From the NCBI GenBank assembly GCA_046861645.1, contig JBHHUM010000067.1, forward strand, positions 1 to 11,770: a stretch of 11,770 nucleotides of DNA, in the 5' to 3' direction. The notes below the pieces were generated by a model. It saw nothing but the letters and a program-made list of their open reading frames with translations. It was not told the origin of the DNA and made no database searches. The stretch comes from Fidelibacterota bacterium. Lineage in GTDB: Bacteria; Fidelibacterota; Marinisomatia; Marinisomatales; UBA2128. Positions within the stretch are counted from its first letter, which is position 1, and every line of letters begins with the position of its first letter. Positions 7,849 through 11,770 of this stretch are shown piece by piece. A program made the position numbers and the translations under genes.

Positions 7849-8164
7849 TTTTTGAGGAGTAGGACTTCCCCCGAAAATGACCTATAGAATCTTGTAACAT
7901 ACGATATTAATAAAGATACGGAAATATACAAGTGTCGGTATACTATTTTTAATAAAAAACTGGGGAACTTTTTGCAATTAAAAAATCTCTATATTGCGAG
8001 GGGGTAAACCCCCCTGCCTGACTGTGTCAAGCAGGCAGGCACGCGTAATCCCCGATACGTTCGTACCTCACTACGGGACAGGCGAAGAAACTCCCATAAA
8101 TGGGAGTATCATTTCACAGGTAGATCGACCTGATATTTCGGGGGAACTTCAGTTTTTGAGGAGT
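7849..8164. mobile_element. MITE-like non-autonomous element (7861-8152) with flanking 12-bp direct repeats
   Basis: TTTTTGAGGAGT at 7849-7860 and 8153-8164. Just inside are inverted repeats GGACTTCCCCCGAAA (7862-7876) and TTTCGGGGGAACTTC (8136-8150), 13/15 complementary with an 11-bp perfect core. No long ORF inside. Confidence 0.55.
7996..8132. repeat. Cluster of GC-rich REP-like palindromes
   Basis: GGGGGT-AA-ACCCCC (8000-8013); CCTGCCTGAC-TGT-GTCAAGCAGG (8013-8035); CCCG...CGGG (8051-8077); ACTCCCAT-AA-ATGGGAGT (8090-8107); CAGGT-N6-ACCTG (8117-8132). Confidence 0.65.
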
Positions 8165-8166
8165 TC

Positions 8167-8195
8167 TTGACATCTGAAAGACTGGGAAGTAAATT
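8167..8195 (+). promoter_or_regulatory. Near-consensus sigma70 promoter upstream of the 8324 CDS
   Basis: TTGACA (8167-8172), 17-nt spacer, TAAATT (8190-8195). Confidence 0.6.
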
Positions 8196-8221
8196 GAGTC
8201 AAAAGGTGTGGACAAGGCAGC

Positions 8222-8235
8222 TATTACCGGTAATA
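8222..8235. promoter_or_regulatory. Perfect 14-bp palindrome, candidate operator
   Basis: TATTACCGGTAATA, about 20 nt downstream of the predicted transcription start. Confidence 0.35.
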
Positions 8236-8323
8236 ACGGGTAACATTCAATATTGGAGTATTATCAGGTAAAATTGCCGGATAGCAAGCTAATGTGAAGT
8301 AATACTGCTTCAGGAGAGTGGAA

Positions 8324-8854
8324 ATGAAAAGACTGTTCCTAATCGTGATGCTTTTGGTAATTGTAGTATTATCACAGAACAATGTACAAACAGAAAAATG
8401 GGGACCCTTCAAATTCTTTATTGGAAAATGGGAAGGTAAAGGAATTGGTAAATTTGGTGATTCAAATGTAACACGTGAATATGAATATTTTATGGGGAGA
8501 ACATACATAATTGGTAAGAATAGATCCATATATGAGGAACAAGAAAGAAACCCACAGGGAGAAATTCACGATAATTGGGACATATTCAGTTATGATAAAG
8601 CTCGAGCGAAGTACGTATTACGACAGTTTCATGCCGAAGATATAATCAACACCTATATTTTAGATTCTCTTAAGGCAATAAATGGTATTTATGAATTTGA
8701 AAGCGAGGCTATAGAAAATTTTGGTGTGGGGTGGAAAGCAAAAGAAGTATATCACATCATAGACAACGATCACTTTGATGAAATATTCTATTTAGCTTCT
8801 CCAGGAAAAGAATATTTAGAATATGTTAGAAACACTTTCACAAGAATTAATTAG
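8324..8854 (+). CDS. Secreted hypothetical protein, probable calycin/nitrobindin(THAP4)-like beta-barrel
   Basis: ATG 8324 is preferred over GTG 8318 because AGGAG (8312-8316) is spaced 7 nt from it. Signal peptide MKRLFLIVMLLVIVVLS. The N-terminal F..FIGKWEGKG calycin-like motif and beta-strand pattern support the fold, by motif resemblance only. Confidence 0.65.
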   Translation: MKRLFLIVMLLVIVVLSQNNVQTEKWGPFKFFIGKWEGKGIGKFGDSNVTREYEYFMGRTYIIGKNRSIYEEQERNPQGEIHDNWDIFSYDKARAKYVLRQFHAEDIINTYILDSLKAINGIYEFESEAIENFGVGWKAKEVYHIIDNDHFDEIFYLASPGKEYLEYVRNTFTRIN

Positions 8855-9029
8855 AAAGTAGTCAACACTTCACTCATGTTAGATCCAATCCGTTAGAAGG
8901 TTTCGCATCCCTAATTCCTTTTCCCAGATTCTCTTTCCCCTCCCTCTTCCACACCCACAGCAATCGACCTGCAGTTAAAACGATACGATGATAGAAAGGG
9001 CGGAGGTGTTCTGATGTATCAGATTTGTG

Positions 9030-9058
9030 TTGTACTTCATCCATTGATTCTATAAACT
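9030..9058 (+). promoter_or_regulatory. Putative sigma70-type promoter
   Basis: TTGTAC (9030-9035), 17-nt spacer, TAAACT (9053-9058). Confidence 0.35.
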
Positions 9059-9074
9059 TGTTTTTGGGTATGAT

Positions 9075-9638
9075 ATGATTCCAAACTATCCGTTCAGAAA
9101 GATGATATCAATAGTTGATAGGGTTATAATATCATTACTTTTCACTACCAATTTTCTTTTTGCCGATATATTGAAGATTACACTTAACTCCGGGGATGAG
9201 GTCAAAAACTGTAAGAATCTTAGAATAGAAGACGATTCATTACACCTTTCACTCTCGGTAAACGACGACCTCAGTCAAGTGATACTTATTGGCAATATAA
9301 GGTCTATTGTTACTCAGTCGAATTCAGACATCATCAAATATGATTTCACGGAAATGTCAAGGACTCAAAAGACTAAGACTTTAGGTGAAATAATTGTATC
9401 CGATTTTAGTCAATTTGATGCCAAAGCCCCATTAGTTCCCGATTTATACTCTGATAAAAGTCACTTGGCATTCCTCATTAGCATTATCTTTGTAATATCA
9501 ATAGTCAGCGGTACAGTATTTATTTTTCGATTCGTAAAAAAGAAAAGAACGGATGAAACAATCCACGGTGCTAAAGAGATGGTGGCAACTATGTTAATGT
9601 GGGCTAAGAAACATAGAGAAAAAGCTTTAAAAGACTGA
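9075..9638 (+). CDS. Hypothetical membrane-anchored protein (signal peptide, extracytoplasmic domain, one C-terminal TM helix, basic tail)
   Basis: 187-aa ORF (alternative start 9102). Signal-like VIISLLFTTNFLFA. TM helix LAFLISIIFVISIVSGTVFIF followed by RFVKKKR (positive-inside). Confidence 0.65.
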   Translation: MIPNYPFRKMISIVDRVIISLLFTTNFLFADILKITLNSGDEVKNCKNLRIEDDSLHLSLSVNDDLSQVILIGNIRSIVTQSNSDIIKYDFTEMSRTQKTKTLGEIIVSDFSQFDAKAPLVPDLYSDKSHLAFLISIIFVISIVSGTVFIFRFVKKKRTDETIHGAKEMVATMLMWAKKHREKALKD

Positions 9639-9767
9639 ACGAACCTCACTTGGTATTAAAATAATTCAATTCATTCTGAATAGTACCTCAAACAATATCA
9701 TATATCGATTGTTATAAATATTTCTTGCTAAATGAGGTAATCTGTATTACGTTTGAAATAACTCACA

Positions 9768-9827
9768 ACTGTCGGACGCAAGGGCCGACGATCAATCCTA
9801 CATACTGTCGAGCATAGGGATCGACTA
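9768..9827 (+). promoter_or_regulatory. Twin 24-nt hairpin/operator repeat in the cyclase leader
   Basis: ACTGTCGG-ACGCAAGGG-CCGACGA (9768-9791) and ACTGTCGA-GCATAGGGA-TCGACTA (9804-9827), 16/24 identical. Each has a 5-bp stem and a 9-nt loop. Confidence 0.5.
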
Positions 9828-9854
9828 AGCAACTAACATAACAAGGAGGATATT

Positions 9855-10373
9855 ATGGAAAACTATCACGAAGAAGGACTGGTTTTCTTTACTGATCTCA
9901 CCAACTTTTACCGTACAACAAAGCATATGGAGATAGAGCAGGTAGCTGATCTATTGACTACCTTTGCCGAGATCACAAATCGTACGGTCACTTCAGGTGA
10001 GGGTCATGTCATTGATTACATGGGCGATAGTGCTTTGGGCTACTTTCCAGCAGATGGCGTCGATAAAGGTGTTCGAACACTCATGGAAATGAAGCGCCAG
10101 GTGGAGCAATGGCTCAAAACAGATGGCTTCAAAATGAAGCTGAGGATTGGTGCCCATTACGGCTCGTTCATGGTGATCTATCTGCCCCCTTTTACAACCC
10201 CAGACATTCTCGGTGAGACCGCGAACATTGCTGTAAGACTGGGCTCGGGAGGGCAAAAGTCACATCAGGGCCGCTTAATACTATCCGCTGCTGCATTCAG
10301 AAAACTCGCTCCGGATACACGGAAGAGCTTTCACAAGTTCACAGAGCCGATTGTCTATCTGGCTGAAGAGTAG
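9855..10373 (+). CDS. Stand-alone class III (adenylate/guanylate cyclase family) nucleotidyl cyclase
   Basis: VFFTD14 and MGD58 metal-binding Asp residues, LRIGAHYG, D117-ILGETAN124-IAVR128 and LILSAAAF. Strong AGGAGG RBS at 9844-9849. Confidence 0.9.
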   Translation: MENYHEEGLVFFTDLTNFYRTTKHMEIEQVADLLTTFAEITNRTVTSGEGHVIDYMGDSALGYFPADGVDKGVRTLMEMKRQVEQWLKTDGFKMKLRIGAHYGSFMVIYLPPFTTPDILGETANIAVRLGSGGQKSHQGRLILSAAAFRKLAPDTRKSFHKFTEPIVYLAEE

Positions 10374-10437
10374 TACCAGCATTTACGGTTTTAATAAGAT
10401 AGAATAAACTCACTGATAGATTCAAAAGGATTAACTA

Positions 10438-10610
10438 GTTGAATAAGTGAGTGGAGGGGTATGTTTCTACCAAGTCCTAACAAAGTGATGCAAAAAGACG
10501 AGGAAAATGATCTTATTCAAGCAGCTTTTCTTGGCATTACACACTTTCGGAAGCCCACACTTTCTTTATCTGGTGAGGGTTAACTCTATCATAGACTACT
10601 ATTGTCTATA
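10438..10610 (+). pseudogene. Degraded remnant of a CPBP (CAAX/Abi) intramembrane metalloprotease gene
   Basis: GTT GAA TAA GTG, a frameshift, then TGG AGG GGT gives VE*V.WRG (EExxxRG motif with GAA>TAA). It continues as MFLPSPNKVMQKDEENDLIQAAFLGITHF, resembling the QAxxFGxxH motif. Further stops follow. Confidence 0.5.
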
Positions 10611-10750
10611 AACCTCTTATGATACCACTGTACAACATATATCCACAACATTCCAAAAAACTAATTACAAGGCGTAGTGAGTAATAAATAGTAATAATCA
10701 TTATACTTGAACTGTTATGATCCTCTACTTAGATTTAAATAAAAGCACCC

Positions 10751-10830
10751 TTATCCAGTGAAAACAGACAAGATATCAGCTAAATGCATCCACAAGTTTT
10801 TGAACTATTACAGAAAAAATCACTGGATAA
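10751..10830. repeat. Perfect 11-bp inverted repeat with 58-nt spacer
   Basis: TTATCCAGTGA (10751-10761) and TCACTGGATAA (10820-10830). A partial third copy TTATCCAG is at 10852-10859. Confidence 0.5.
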
Positions 10831-10833
10831 TCG

Positions 10834-11061
10834 TTGAATACTCTTCGCTTTTTATCCAGCCTGGTTTTGATATTTTCGCAGTCACAGGGATTATTCACCC
10901 AGACCCAATGGACTAAAAATAGTAACAATCTCATGTGTGACGAAGGAAGCTGGAAAAAATTAAATCTTATTATTTTGATTGTGATTGGCGAATCGATATA
11001 GAACATGTACTACCAAAGTGATAATGAAATACACCTACTCTTCGGTGACCCTTACACCTGA
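10834..11061 (+). pseudogene. 5' remnant of a secreted beta-propeller/glycoside-hydrolase-like gene
   Basis: From TTG 10834 the frame reads LNTLRFLSSLVLIFSQSQGLFTQ-TQWTKNSNNLMCDEGSW...IVIGESI*NMYYQ. This is a signal-like peptide plus a WTKxxxNPV/GSW/VI...YxMxY-like pattern. It is interrupted by TAG at 10999-11001 and ends at TGA 11059-11061. Confidence 0.4.
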
Positions 11062-11086
11062 GTGACTAGAATAGACAGGATTTATA

Positions 11087-11770
11087 ATGGTGAGTAAGAG
11101 AAAATATAACACCCTTATATTATTAATTCTTACAGTTTTGTCATTCGAGAGAAGTCAATCTCAACATCCATCAGAATTTCATTTTCAGCGGATCGGCCTT
11201 AACGAGGGTCTTTCACAATCCCGCATTATCGATATAGCACAGGATTCAGTGGGATTCCTGTGGTTTGCCACCCAGGACGGGCTCAATCGTTACGATGGCT
11301 ATGAATTTAAAGTATTCAGGCATGATGATACGGATTCAACATCGATTTCGAGCAATTATGTCACTGCTCTCCTGGTTACCAATAACGGAGATTTGTTGGT
11401 GGGAACACGTTATGGCGGATTGAACCGGTATGGTAACAGCCAGGAAACATTCACCCAGTATCCCTCAAGATTATATGGGGAAATTGATTTAAAAGCAATT
11501 CACATAACATCCCTGGTAGAAGATACAGAGGGACTTATTTGGATCGCTACCCGTGGGAATGGATTGTTCTGCCTGGAACCAACAAATGAGATCATTTCAC
11601 ATTATCATTTTGATCCTAATAATCCCACAAGCTTGAGCGATAATTATGTGCGGAATACAGCGCTGGATCTGGAAGGAAATCTATGGATTGCCACGGTTAA
11701 CGGTCTTAACCGTTTGTCTGTAAATCATGATCAGTTCATCAGATACAGGCACGATCCGAGCGAACCTACC
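11087..11770 (+). CDS. Two-component regulator propeller (Reg_prop) ligand-binding sensor protein, 3'-truncated by the window edge
   Basis: Open frame of 228 codons, absent from the ORF track: MVSKRKYNTLILLILTVLSF...EGLSQSRIIDIAQDSVGFLWFATQDGLNRYDGYEFKVFRH...EDTEGLIWIATRGNGL...SLSDNYVRNTALDLEGNLWIATVNGLNR. These are classic repeated blades. AGGA lies upstream. Confidence 0.93.
   Translation, partial: MVSKRKYNTLILLILTVLSFERSQSQHPSEFHFQRIGLNEGLSQSRIIDIAQDSVGFLWFATQDGLNRYDGYEFKVFRHDDTDSTSISSNYVTALLVTNNGDLLVGTRYGGLNRYGNSQETFTQYPSRLYGEIDLKAIHITSLVEDTEGLIWIATRGNGLFCLEPTNEIISHYHFDPNNPTSLSDNYVRNTALDLEGNLWIATVNGLNRLSVNHDQFIRYRHDPSEPT

Noticed and set aside
7443..8323. CRISPR array or tRNA in the long intergenic region
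   Set aside because: Repeats occur only as pairs with no regular repeat-spacer period, and there is no cloverleaf or T-loop signature.
8860..8898. Integron attC-like half site (minus strand TTCTAACGGATTGGATCTAAC)
   Set aside because: No complementary GTTRRRY box or paired arm at a suitable distance, and no integrase or cassette array.
8915..8950. Pyrimidine-rich tract and a 56-aa minus-strand ORF across it
   Set aside because: Low complexity, no RBS or recognisable motif, and too few uninterrupted G-runs to support a G-quadruplex claim.
9761..9830. c-di-GMP-I (GEMM) riboswitch suggested by GGACGCAAGGGCC
   Set aside because: Lacks the upstream GGCAAAC/GNRA P2 hairpin and the tetraloop receptor. 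The twin-hairpin reading fits better.
112..10256. Short antisense or overlapping ORFs in the track (e.g. 112-351, 1067-1258, 1847-2607 set, 2979-3586, 4691-4945, 5436-5804, 5780-6061, 6080-6818 set, 8224-8529, 9461-9649, 9993-10256)
   Set aside because: Shadow frames overlapping well-supported genes, with no motifs.
9075..10373. Pycsar/CBASS-type defence operon (cyclase + TM effector)
   Set aside because: The TM gene is upstream, 216 bp away, and has a signal peptide plus one TM helix, unlike PycTM/PycTIR. The cyclase is short and lacks PycC's extra domain.
10475..10500. attC-like left arm TCCTAACAAAGTGATGCAAAAAGACG
   Set aside because: No matching right arm, and it lies within the CPBP-like reading frame.
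10639..10899. DnaA-box-like 9-mers (ATATCCACA, GCATCCACA, TTATTCACC, TTATCCAGT) as a replication origin
   Set aside because: None is a perfect TTATNCACA, there are no oriC-associated genes, and such matches are expected in AT-rich DNA.
10776..11006. 76-aa minus-strand ORF
   Set aside because: No recognisable motif or RBS. The opposite strand gives a more meaningful pseudogene-like reading.

Overview
Bacterial chromosomal window, about 40% GC by eye. An FCB-group organism (e.g. Marinisomatota or Calditrichota-like) is suggested by gene content but is only an inference. The left part (66-7442) is gene-dense. A tusA-dsrE2 sulfur-relay pair is divergent from mobA. A minus-strand run encodes a GAF/HD-GYP phosphodiesterase, an SLC13/TrkA-C permease, rpe, rpiB and a YbdK-type carboxylate-amine ligase. 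The right part (7443-11770) looks like a variable accessory region. It has an 881-bp intergenic stretch holding a ~290-bp MITE-like, hairpin-packed element with terminal inverted repeats and 12-bp flanking direct repeats. It also has two exported/membrane hypothetical proteins and a stand-alone class III nucleotidyl cyclase with a non-canonical base-specificity residue and a twin-hairpin leader. Two pseudogene remnants follow (CPBP protease-like and beta-propeller-like), then the 5' part of a Reg_prop sensor gene missing from the ORF track. No rRNA, tRNA, CRISPR array or transposase was seen.
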